A stretch of 64,000 nucleotides of DNA from Antedon mediterranea. Taxonomy: Eukaryota > Animalia > Echinodermata. A program made the translations under genes and the position numbers. Below, piece by piece: positions 26,169 through 37,551 of the stretch. Below the pieces are notes generated by a model. It saw only the letters and a program-made list of their open reading frames with translations, did no database searches and was not told the DNA's origin. Numbering within the stretch: the stretch's first letter is position 1; each line of letters begins with the position of its first letter. Location of the stretch: the NCBI RefSeq assembly GCF_964355755.1, contig NC_092677.1, forward strand, positions 20,358,101 to 20,422,100. The letters are read 5' to 3'.

Positions 26169-29100
26169 AAACCTGGGTATTACCCGTTACGCCACAAACC
26201 AGTAGATAACTGAAGAGCTGATAATAGTCTATTTATATGAAATTAATGATCAATCAATGAAAAATAATGCCATGAAACTTTGTTTCTGATTTTTAAAAAG
26301 GTTCATTTGTTTAGGCCTGACATTTACAACCCTCAAAATATCTCACTTTCAAAAAAAATATTTATTTTCAATTAAAAAAAAAATTTTAAAAAATACCCGT
26401 ATAGGTTCGAACCCACTACTGAGAGCACTCAAACCTGAGGATTACCCGTTACGCCACAAACCAGTAGATGACTGAGGAGCTGATAATAGTCTATATATAT
26501 GAAATGAATGATCAATCAATGAAAAATAATGCCATGCAACTTTGTTTCTGATTGAAAAAAATGTTCAATTGTTTAGACCTGACATTTACAACCCTCAAAA
26601 TATCTCACTTTCAAAAACAATATTTATTTTCAAATATAAAAAAAAAAAAAAAATATCCCTAGAAGTTCGAACCCACTATTCAAATCACTCAAAACTGAGC
26701 ATTACCCGTTACGCCGCAAACCAGTAAATAACTGAAGAGCTGATAATAGTCTATTTATATGAAATGGATGATCAACCAATGAAAAATAATGCCATGCAAC
26801 TTTGTTTCTGATTTTAAAAAAGGTCCACTTGTTTAGGACTGACATTTACAACCCTCAAAATATCTCACTTTCAAAAACAATATTTATTTTCAATTTAAAA
26901 AAAAAAAACCCCTAGAGGTTCGAACCCACTACTGAAAGCACTCAAACCTGAGCATTATCCGTTACGCCACAAACCAGTATATGACTGCGGAGCTGATAAT
27001 AGTCTATTTATATGAAATGAATGATCAATCAATGAAAATAATGCCATGCAACTTTGTTTCTGATTTTAAAAAAGGTCCACTTGTTTAGGCCTGACATTTA
27101 CAACCCTCAAAATATCTCACTTTCAAAAACAATATTTATTTTCAATTAAAAAAAAAAGAAACAAAATATTCGTAGAGGTTCGAACCCACTACTGCGAGAA
27201 CTCAAACCTGAGCACTACCGGTTACGCCACAAACCAGTAGATGACTGAAGAGCTGATAACAGTCTATTTATATGAAATGAATGATCTATCAATGTAAAAT
27301 GATGTTATGCAACTTTGTTTCTGATTTTAAAAAAAGGTCCACTTGGTTAAGCTTGACATTTAAAACCCTCAAAATATCTCACTTTCAAAAACCATATTTA
27401 TTTTCAATTTAAAAAAAAGAAAAAAAATATCCCTAGAGGTTCGACCCACTACTCAGAGCACTCAAACCTGAGCATTACCCGTTACGCCACAAACCAGTAG
27501 ATGACTGAAGAGCTGATAATAGTCTATTTATATGAAATGAATTATCAATCAATGAAAAATAATGCCATGCAACTTTGTTTCTGATTTTAAAAAAGGTCCA
27601 CTTGTTTAGGCCTGACATTTACAACCCTCAAAATATCTCACTTTCAAAAACCATATTTATTTTCAATTTAAAAAAAAAAGAAAAAAAATATCCCTAGAGG
27701 TTCGACCCACTACTCAGAGCACTCAAACCTGAGCATTACTCGTTACGCCACAAACCAGTAGATGACTGAAGAGCTGGTAATAGTCTATTTATATGAAATG
27801 AATTTTCAATCAAAGAAAAATAATGCCATGCAACTTTGTTTCTGATTTTAAAAAAGATCCATTTGTTTAGGCCTGACATTTACAACCCTAAAAAATATCT
27901 CATTTTCAAAAAAAATATTTATTTTCAATAAGAAAAAAAAAAGCAATATCCCTAGAGGTTGGAACCCGCTACTGAGAGCACTCAAACCTGGGTATTACCC
28001 GTTACGCCACAAACCAGTAGATAACTGAAGAGCTGATAATAGTCTATTTATATGAAATTAATGATCAATCAATGAAAAATAATGCCATGCAACTTTGTTT
28101 CTGATTTTCAAAAAGGTTCACTTGTTTAGGCCTGACATTTACAACCCTCAAAATATCTCACTTTCAAAAACAATATTTATTTTCAAATAAAAAAAAAATA
28201 AAAAAAATATCCCTAGAAGTTCAAACCCACTATTGAAATCACTCAAAACTGAGCATTACCCGTTACGCCGCAAACCAGTATATGACTGAAGAGCTGATAA
28301 TAGTCTATATATATGAAATGGATGATCAACCAATGAAAAATAATGCCATGCAACTTAGTTTCTGATTTTAAAAAAGGTCCACTTGTTTAGGCCTGACATT
28401 TACAACCCTCAAAATATCTCACTTTCAAAAACAATATTTATTTTCAATTAAAAAAAAAATATCCTTACAGGTTGGAACCCGCTACTGAGAGCACTCAAAC
28501 CTGGGTTTTACCCGTTACACCACAAACCAGTAGATAACTGAAGAGCTGATAATAGTCTATTTATATGAAATTAATGATCAATCATGATTGATAATGCCAT
28601 GCAACTTTGTTTCTGACTTTCAAAAAGGTTCACTTGTTTAGGCCTGACATTTACAACCCTCAAAAAATATCTCACTTTCAAAAACAATATTATTTTCAAT
28701 TAAAAAAAAGAAAGAAACAAAATATCCCTAGAGGTTCGAACCCACTAGTGAGAGCACTCAAACTTGAGCATTACCCGTTACGCCACAAACCAGTAGATGA
28801 CTGAAGAGCTGATAATACTCTATTTAGATGAAATAAATAATAAATCAATGAAAAATAATGCCATGCAAGTTTGTTTCTTATTTTAAAAAAGGTTCATTTG
28901 TTTAGGCTTGACATTTACAACCCTCAAAATATCTCACTTTCAAAAAAAAACATTTATTTTCAATTAAAAAAAAAAGAAAAGAAATATCCCTAGAAGTCCA
29001 AACCCACTACTGGGAGCACTCAAACTTGCGCATTACCCGTTACGCCACAAACCAGTAGATGACTGAGGAACTGATAATAGTCTATTTATATGAAATAAAT

Positions 29101-29487
29101 GATCAATCTATGAAAAATTATGTCATGCAACTTTGTTTCTGATTTTAAAAAAGGTCCACTTGTTTAGGCCTGACATTTACAACCCTCAAAATATCTCACT
29201 TTCAAAAACAATATTTATTTTCAATTAAAAAAAAAAAGAAAAATAAGATTCGTAGATGTTCGAACCCACTACTGCGAGAACTCAAACCTGAGCACTACCG
29301 GTTACGCCACAAACCAGTAGATGACTGAAGAGCTGATAACAGTCTATTTATATGAAATGAATGATCAATCAATAAAAAATAATGCCATGCAACTTTGTTT
29401 CTGATTGAAAAAAATGTCCACTTGTTTAGGCCTGACATTTACAACCTTCAAAATATCTCACTTTCAAAAACAATATTTATTTTCTAA

Positions 29488-30833
29488 TTACAGGTTCGAA
29501 CCCACTACTGGGACCACTCAAAACTGAGCATTACCCGTTATGCCATAAAGTAGTACACGACAGAACAGTTTATAATAGTCTATTTATAAGTGTATTACGT
29601 AATTCATCATTACGTCATGAATATCATATTAACCTTTTTAAAACCAACATGGCCAGTTAGCTCAGACGACTGACACGTATGTCGTGGGTTCGATTCCCAC
29701 GCTGGTCAGTGAAATAGAGTTAAAGGTATGCGACCAACTGTGTTTGGGGTTCACAGAATTTACGTCCCCCTTTCCACCACACATCTTGAGAAGGCACTAG
29801 CAATGCATCTGGTGATGATGTCGTGGAAACGACCCCATGGCCGTGGCAGGGCCTTAGTGCTGAGGCAGGGAGAGCACATTTTAAAATTTTTTTTTGGCTT
29901 TCGCTACATATATTTGATCTCGTAAATTTTATGTTTAGCGCCCTCAATTTAATGTAAAAAGAAATTAATTTATCTTCGTTACGTGTTTAGAAGAGAATGT
30001 ATGTCTCACCGTAGTTTGGTTTGCCGTTTGTTATTATGCAAATGAGTTTTTGCAGGTGTAGTGGGAAAGATGGTATTGTTAGTAATTCGCGGTCAACACG
30101 CCACACTGTTGAATTTTGATTTTGTTAATCAATGTTGCTACATTGGTAGCGAAATGTTCGATTCATGCAAGATATTGAATTGTAATATGTTATGAATAAA
30201 CATTTATGGATGGTAGTTGGTATGTATGGCCGCACCGTCCCAGAATAAACATGTTTTAAACAGATAATTTGTCTTCGATGATTTTGGTATGGGGTTAATG
30301 GAGAGTGAAATAGATCAAATATAGAACATTTGCAAAGATGCCGATTTCCAGACTGATTTCGAAACTTAGACTAATTCCGCCGCCGGGCTAGGCCTTAGGC
30401 ATATACGAAGTCGAGTTTTTAAAGTAGAAAACTCTACCTAAACTTTTGAATTCGCATCTGGATAGTTGAATTTTTAACAAATATCATAAATATCATAGGT
30501 GATTATGTATGGTAATAAGTATAAGTATAAGTGCAATTCTGGGCTCTATTTTCATTATTAGCTCTGCCCCAAACATGATGGACTAGTAGGCCTACTGGAG
30601 ACCTAATATTTAATTTCATATTTCAATGAATAGGTGCACTTTCCGGGGACAAGCTCTATTGTCCTTGTTAGTCTTATATATTTTGTTTCATATAATTTCA
30701 AATTATGTAAAGTACCATTTTCAGGCGGGAGTCTGTGCAACTCTATTTTTTTTATTTTAAACAGTTTGGTATGCCGTCGTGGTTGTTATGCAAATGAGCT
30801 TGTGCACGTGTATTATGGGGAAGATAATATGTT
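29488..30833 (+). repeat. Segmental duplicate B
   Basis: Colinear with 20830-22060; homology ends abruptly at ~30833. Confidence 0.93.
29651..29708 (+). pseudogene. tRNA-Ile-like head with D-loop/anticodon arm deleted
   Basis: GGCCAGTTAGCTCAG...GTCGTGGGTTCGATTCCCACGCTGGTCA; start of A box, perfect T arm/B box and acceptor stem present. Confidence 0.7.
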
Positions 30834-31333
30834 CACCCGATTCTGCTACTGTCCACAGGTGCTATCTGTAAAACTATAGCAAGTTATACACGTTGCTGTC
30901 TGCTATAAATGCTGTACTTTTAACACACGGTACACTGTCTGTAGCACAGTGTGTGTTGACAATTTACAATGATGTACAACCATAGGCAGGTTTTCGTACT
31001 GCCATGCAAGAATGGATAGGTGTTTTCCGCCGCTTTTAGGCCTTCTAGTCAATTATTGTTATTATTATACGAATTACGTAATTAGTCTAGTAGCTCATCT
31101 ACCTTTTTAGCAGGACATAATGAATATTGTAGCTAGGCTAGGCCTACTAGTCTAGCGGGAAATCAACCAATTATTTGGTTGGATACGAGTTTAGGGTAGG
31201 AAGTTAAGTACGAGTAAAATGGATGGTTATGTGAACTGTGTATCTTGCCATAGGGTAACATGACAAACTGCATGGTATTAGCTGATCTATAGCCAGTGAT
31301 TCTTATTAATTAGTTACTTTTGTAACATTTGCA

Positions 31334-32386
31334 ATGTCTATAATGCGTGTAGTGTATATTTCTACCGTAATAACAACGGCAGTATCAGTTGGTATAGTGA
31401 AATGGAATGTTTACAATCCTAGCAGAATGCTAGGCCCACTGAGTCATCCAAGCATGCTTCAGAGTTATTGTTTTCCAGGCTACGGTGAGCTTCCTGCCCT
31501 GGAAATTTGTCAACACATGGACCCGGTTTATTCCGGGCAACGGCCTAAAAAATTTGGTAAATCAAGAATTCCATATACAAGCAATCATTCTTCAACATTC
31601 CAACTACTTCTTTCAAGGGACATTGACACAAATCCTGGACCAGATAGGCCTAGGTCTGTTCCAGTTATTCTACCACAACATGGTGGAAGCAACGGTAGTA
31701 ATGAAAGAAATGAACTTTCTGGAATGTTTTTCAATGCTAGAAGTATCAACAGTAAGACTCATACGCTAGAAATGTTCCTCAACAGTCAACGGTTTGATTT
31801 TATCTCTATTGTCGAAACTTGGTTGTCCTTGGATACTATTCTTCTCGTGAGTATGCCTTCAACCCACATCGTATTTTGGAGGGATCGTTCTAACAGGGGT
31901 GGTGGTATTCTCACTGCAGTACATACCTATCTTGCACCAATTCGTCTAAATGACCTTGAACCTGACGATCTTGAGCTGATATGGGTGATGTGCAGTGGTC
32001 ACAAATGTAAGTGGCTAATTGGCACCATATACCGTCCTCCGTCATCCACAGTTGCATACTGGGAGAAACTCCAAGTTGCATTAACCAACATCGAACACAA
32101 GCTTTACGACGTCACAGGTATCATCCTGCTTGGAGATCTTAACATCGACTGGTTGGTGAACACATCTGGCAAACGTCATTTAGTTGATATAACGGAAACA
32201 TATGGACTTCTTCAATTAGTCCCAACGTTCACTCGACCTTCATTGGATGATCCAACAGAAGGAACTCTTATTGATCACTTCTACATGAATCCGTCTGACA
32301 GTCTTTCGTTAATACAAACCGCAGACAATCCACTTGAATCTGACCACTGTCGAATACAAATTTCAAATGCAAAAAGCTCAACCTGA
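31334..32386 (+). pseudogene. LINE ORF N-terminal part: hydrophobic leader, 2A-like peptide, apurinic/apyrimidinic endonuclease domain
   Basis: Motifs FNARSINSK, IVETWL, DRSNRGGG, YRPP, LGDLN, LIDHF, SDH. Frame breaks just after SDHCR (~32355). Confidence 0.92.
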
Positions 32387-34447
32387 ACCAGCACTTATAA
32401 GGCAGTTTTTGTCTTATGCGAATAACGACACTAATCATCTTAACCAGTTATTGCACCTTGCCCCGTGGTGTATGGTGATTGACCATCAAGACATCAACTC
32501 ATCTTGGGAAGGCTGCCTGGACCTACTAGAGGCCGCGGTTAGAGACAGTGTCCCAGTGGTGATACGCAAGAAATCCAAGAACAAACCATGGATTACGATC
32601 GACATCTTACGGCTAGCCAACAAGAAACGAGCTCTGTTTAGAAAGTTTGTGAAGACTCAATCAATGGACATTTGGACTAAATATAAACAAATTAGAAATG
32701 ATTTAAAATACAAGACCAAAAGAGCGTATTATAATTATGTAAATAAGTTGTTTTCATCTCCTGACAACAAACGTAGATTCTGGGGACATGTCAGAATGAA
32801 ACGTAATTCTTCTTGTGCTAGTGTTTTCATGCTTGATGGAACACAAATTGAAAAGCCGGAAGATATCGCTCAGTGCTTTCAAAATGTCTTTTCGTCCGTT
32901 TTTAATTATTCTGAGAATATTCCAGATACTCATTTACCTTGTTTATATCCACTACCAACCTTATCTAATGTTTATTTTTCTGTTTCAAAAATCACTAGCA
33001 TGTTGCAGAAACTTAAAACAAACAAGGCTGCAGGCCCAGACAACTTATCTCCCAAGCTTCTCCAGCTCTGTGCCCCGACATTTGCCCCAGTTCTTTACGA
33101 GTTGTTTAAAATTTCTATTTCATCAGGTTGTGTGCCAGAAGGTTGGAAGAGGGCACATGTCACCCCTATCTTTAAGAAAGGAGTGACTACCGATTTTAAC
33201 AACTACCGCCCGGTGGCTTTAACATCTGTTGTCGGTAAATTGCTGGAGAGGCTTGTGGTGCAAGCACTTCTAAAACATGCTACTGAAAATTGCTTGTTTA
33301 TCGAAAACCAACATGGGTTTTTACCTAATAAATCATGTGCCACGCAACTTGCAACTATTATCCATGACTGGTCCTCTATTTTAGATAAAAGATCTCCACC
33401 CCATATTGATGCCATTTTTTTAGATATCTCGAAGGCCTTTGACCGGATGCCTCATGACATTCTCCTCAATAGGCTTTCCCAGCAATTTAACATTACTGGT
33501 GATATATGGTACTGGTTAAAGTCTTTTTTAATTGAAAGATACCAAAAGGTTCAATTTAAAGGGTCTTCATCTAACTGGGTGGAGGTAACCAGTGGGGTAC
33601 CTCAAGGTAGTGTACTTGGTCCCATTCTTTTTAACTTTTTTATTAACGATATTATTTGTTCACTTAAATGTAAAACTGCTATTTTTGCTGACGATACTCT
33701 TATTTATAATGCAATTAACTCTCTTCAGGATTCTCTAAACCTTCAAGCTGATCTGGACCGACTTGGTCTGTGGAGCCAAGCAAATCGCATGCCTTTCAAT
33801 GTTATGAAGACGAATATCCTGCATGTCACACGTTTGCGTAACAGACAGTTGTCTAAATACCTTTTGTTTGGCTCTCATATTAGTCCGGTGACATCTTTTA
33901 AATATCTTGGTGTTACTTTTAACTCAAAATTGACCTGGGATGACCATGTCCATGTCATTGTTTCCAAAGCTAAACGTATGTTGGGCTTTGTTTGGAGTGT
34001 GGCTGGACATGCTTCGACCAGTGCATTTTTGTCTTTGTACAAAAGTCTTGTTTTGCCCGATCTAGAGTATGCGCAACCTGCTTGGTTTCCATGGACAAAG
34101 TCTTTGTCAGATCAGCTTGAGGGGGTCCATAGGAGAGCAACTCGTCTTGCTCTCAAACAGCATCGTGGAAAGATGTGCTGTGAGGAGAGGTTAAATTTGC
34201 TTTCAGTTTCATCTTTGTCTGTTAGAAGAGATAAATTTCTTATTATATTTTGTTTTAAGGTTCTGGTGGGTTTCTGGACTGCAGCACAGTTCATGACTGT
34301 ATTTTAACACAGGCTTTTTTTCATTCTATAGCAATCAGGTTACCCCGTGTCTGGGACCAGCTTCCCAGACCGTTGACAGATGCTGCAGTCCTAGAAAGCC
34401 CATCAGCCTTCATTAGAAAAGTTCATATTCATTTTGATTCGCTGTAA
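32334..34447 (+). pseudogene. LINE reverse transcriptase domain (ORF to 34307; C-terminus continues in a shifted frame to TAA at 34447)
   Basis: Motifs KAAGPD, YRPVALTS, QHGF, FLDISKAFD, GVPQGSVLGP, FADD, KYLG. Shifted tail FFHSIAIRLPRVWDQLP...SPSAF resembles the usual R..WN.LP C-terminus. Confidence 0.95.
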
Positions 34448-34621
34448 CTGTTTTTTGTCTTTGTGTCTTTTATGTGTAAACTGACTTTGGGGTTGGGTCA
34501 ACCGGCTCAGCTACAGTGATTAAGTTCACTTAGGTTGACCCTGGTCTCCCCAATTTCAGTTTTTTTTGTTTTGTATATACTTAAATAGACCAAATAAATA
34601 ATGAAATGAAATGAAATGAAA

Positions 34622-35120
34622 GTTGGCATGGGTACGAGTCGACCAGGGGTGAATCGACCAGAGTACACCCGGCCGCCCTACTAGAGCATAGGCTACAGGC
34701 CTGCAGGAATGGGAAATCTGCTCTAGCTATAGGCATAGGCCTACATTGGGACGCCCAAAAAAGCCATCCTATGAGCATAAAAAGGCCTCGTTGAGCAAGA
34801 CATGTTAACATATACTACACAGTACTAGTACGTCTACCATTTATTATAGTTCCATGGTACTACGGATCACTACTATCTAGGTCTAGTAGGCTAGGGTAGG
34901 TTTCCAGTAATTTTTTCAGGAGGGCATGTGAGAGGTGAGGTAGGTTAGCCCAGCCAGGCTAAACTAACATGTAAGTAGTATTCTACCATGGGATGGGAAC
35001 GAGTCGGCATGGGGGTACGGGTTGATTTTTATCCGTGGGGCTGGTCAACCCGCAACGTACCCATGTCAACTCGTACCAAACTTGGCTAACTCGTACCCAA
35101 ATAATTGGTCAACTCGTACC
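34622..35120. mobile_element. Remnants of a DNA element with GGTCAACTCGTACC-type short repeats in both orientations
   Basis: GGGTACGAGTCGACC (34630) and GGGTACGGGTTGA (~35013) vs TCAACTCGTACC, CTAACTCGTACCC and GGTCAACTCGTACC (35066-35120). No TSD identified. Confidence 0.5.
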
Positions 35121-36726
35121 AATAGCTTTATAGCTTTATTGATAGTTTATTGATGTTTTTTGTATATGTTTTTAAGCAAAATTCTATCCATAACCCTAAT
35201 TTTTAATGTTCAATGTGATATTTATTGAAGTGCTTTGAATACGTTGACGAAATTTGGAGGTATGACACCTTGTTAGGAGTAGAATCAGCTTCCAGCATTA
35301 AATGTTAAAAATAAGTTTATATTACTCATTAATTAATAATAATTATTAATAAATTAATAGAAAACTAGCGAGGGCGCTTTTCGACAAGGAAATGAATGAT
35401 TTTTTATGTGTGTTATTTTTCCGCTCGAGTTTATTCAATGTAGTGTAATATACACTGTTACATATTATTTTATTGGGAAGTAATTATTTTTGTGTGAATC
35501 TTCTTGGAGTTGTTTGAAAGCCTATCCACTTATTTCTTTTCTTCAGAAAACATCTAATTTAGGTCTTAAAGTGACAAAAATACACCTCACATCACCAACC
35601 TCCAACACACCAGATTCTACCAACACACACTTCATCTCCTGAACTAACATAGTACAGTATAAATCAAATTAATTGTTTAAAATTTTTTTATTGAAATCAA
35701 TCTGCCTCAAAAAATATTATAATAGTAACAATAACAGAAAGGTAGATAGGTATTTTAATAATTTTTAAACTTAAAAATGTAAAAAAATACTGAATAAAAA
35801 TGTATACATACATTATAAATGAAATAAAATAACTACTATTTTAGTAATGCATACACAAGTACAGAATATCAGAAATCAATGAATTATGTTTCTAAATATG
35901 GCATTATTAGGCTAATTTGATTTGAGAAAACATTAATGCCATTGGCCTATACGAAAAATCAATGCAATTAGACAAAATAGTTACATAAACAATTAATACT
36001 AATATTGGTAGGCATAAAATAATAGTGTATATCAACTTTCCTTAAATATAAACAGTATAGGGCCTTACCAATTTATTTAATACATACATAATAAAACTTG
36101 TTAACATAAAAACACAAAAGAGCTTCAAATCGCATTTGCAGACGTTTTAGACCCTTTTGTGCATTTCGATGAAACTTGGTTACACAAAAACATCACATTA
36201 GAAACCGTATTAGACCATTTTGAGCATTTCGTTAAAACTTTTCACACAAAAACATCAAAGTCCACAAAATAGCTTCATATCGTATTTAAAAACGTTTTAG
36301 ACCATTTTGAGCATTTCGAAAAAACTTTTTCACACAAAACATCAAAGTTTACAAAATAGCTTCAAATCGCATTTGGAGACGTTTTAGACCATTTTGTGAT
36401 TTTCGAAAAAAATTGTTAACATAAAAACACCAAAGTGCTCAGAATACCTTCAAATCGCATTTTGAGACGTTTTAGACCATTTTGTGATTTTCGAAAAAAC
36501 TTGTTAACATAAAAACACCAAAGTGCTCAGAATACCTTCAAATCGTATTTTGAGACGTTTTAGACCATTTTCTGATTTTCGAAAAAACTTGTTAACATAA
36601 AAATACCAAAGTGCTTAGAAAAGCTTCAAATCGCATTTGAAGACGTTTTAGACCATTTTGTTCATTTCGATGAAACTTGGTTACACAAAAACATCAAAGA
36701 GCACAAAAGAGCTTAATATCGTATTT

Positions 36727-37551
36727 AACAAGGCCAACAGCCATTAAGTCGCGTGCTACAATGCATAGTGATACCGGACCGACAGACAAACAGACCGACA
36801 GACAGACAGACCGACAGACCGACAGACCGACAGACAGACGGACCGACCGACATAGTGAACTATACTGACCGAAATTACTGAACATGTTTAAAAATGTTGA
36901 AATGTTTAAAAAAATTTATATTTTTTTAATTTACACGTGCGTAGCCTGTCACTTTTGACGTGCTCGTATAACGTAATTTCGAGTTGAAAAGTAAGTCAAG
37001 AAAACAGAAATCGGGCAAAAAGAGTGCGCAATAACATTTAACGCGCAGTGCGCGCGCAAAAATCTGCGCACTCATGGCAATTTTGTAAACGCTTAAAATT
37101 GCCAGAAACGTACTCTTATTTCATCGAAAATAAATTTTGAAAATTTTAGGCGCGCGTACGCATGCGTTACATGCGCTACGCACGTAATTGTATTGCCATA
37201 TGATGATTTATGCCCTGAAATTTATGAGTACCAAATTTTATTTAATTGTGATTCATGGTTGTTAAGATATGATTACAAACGTGATTTCGTTAAATCGTGC
37301 GTAGACCGCGTAATTTTTTATTGCGCACCGTGAAATCATAACCACATCGATTCCTGGCCATAAGGAATATTCTGTGAAAAATTGATTTAGCTAGATTAAA
37401 CTGATATCAAGATAAGGTCATAAAGCGATAAAACGCATAGTGATACCGGACCGACAGACAGACAGACCGACAGACAGACCGACAGACAGACAGACAGACA
37501 GACAGACCGACCGACCGACATAGTGAACTATAGAGTCGCTTCCACGCGACT
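36727..37551. mobile_element. 825-bp non-autonomous Helentron-type element (HINE/DINE-1-like) with (GACA/GACC)n microsatellites
   Basis: AACAAG plus hairpin GGC-CAACA-GCC; subterminal IR AGTCGCGTG / CACGCGACT; terminal hairpin AGTCGC-TTCCAC-GCGACT. Removing it restores GTATTT|AAAAACGTT with no TSD. Confidence 0.88.

Larger units (their letters stand above)
1..29590 (-). repeat. ~260-bp tandem satellite (roughly 95-100 monomers), each carrying a tRNA-derived Pol III-like cassette on the minus strand; interrupted at 14191-15987, ~20930-22282 and 25216-26168
   Basis: Marker CCACAAACCAGTAGATGACTGAAGAGCTG recurs at 221, 481, 741, 1001 and onward. Length variation lies mainly in the A-tract. Minus strand reads TATAAATA...TGGCGTAACGGGTAATGC...GGGTTCGAACC...TTTTTTT. 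Confidence 0.97.
30834..34621 (+). mobile_element. Non-LTR retrotransposon (CR1/L2-group LINE), near full length, inactivated; 5' boundary uncertain
   Basis: APE plus RT coding region, 3' UTR inverted repeat GGGTCAACC/GGTTGACCC, and AATAAA followed by a (TGAAA)n tail at ~34592-34621. Confidence 0.92.

Noticed and set aside
309-28804. Repeated 60-70-aa ORFs MFLILKKVHLFRPDIYNPQ...
   Set aside because: They start at TTG, and frame and C-terminus change with A-tract length; these are by-products of the satellite.
32340-32390. Programmed frameshift between endonuclease and RT
   Set aside because: These domains are normally one ORF, and a second frameshift near 34300 indicates decay or sequencing error.
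36227-36245. CENP-B box (TTTCGTTAAAAC...)
   Set aside because: Has TTCG....A but lacks the essential CGGG.
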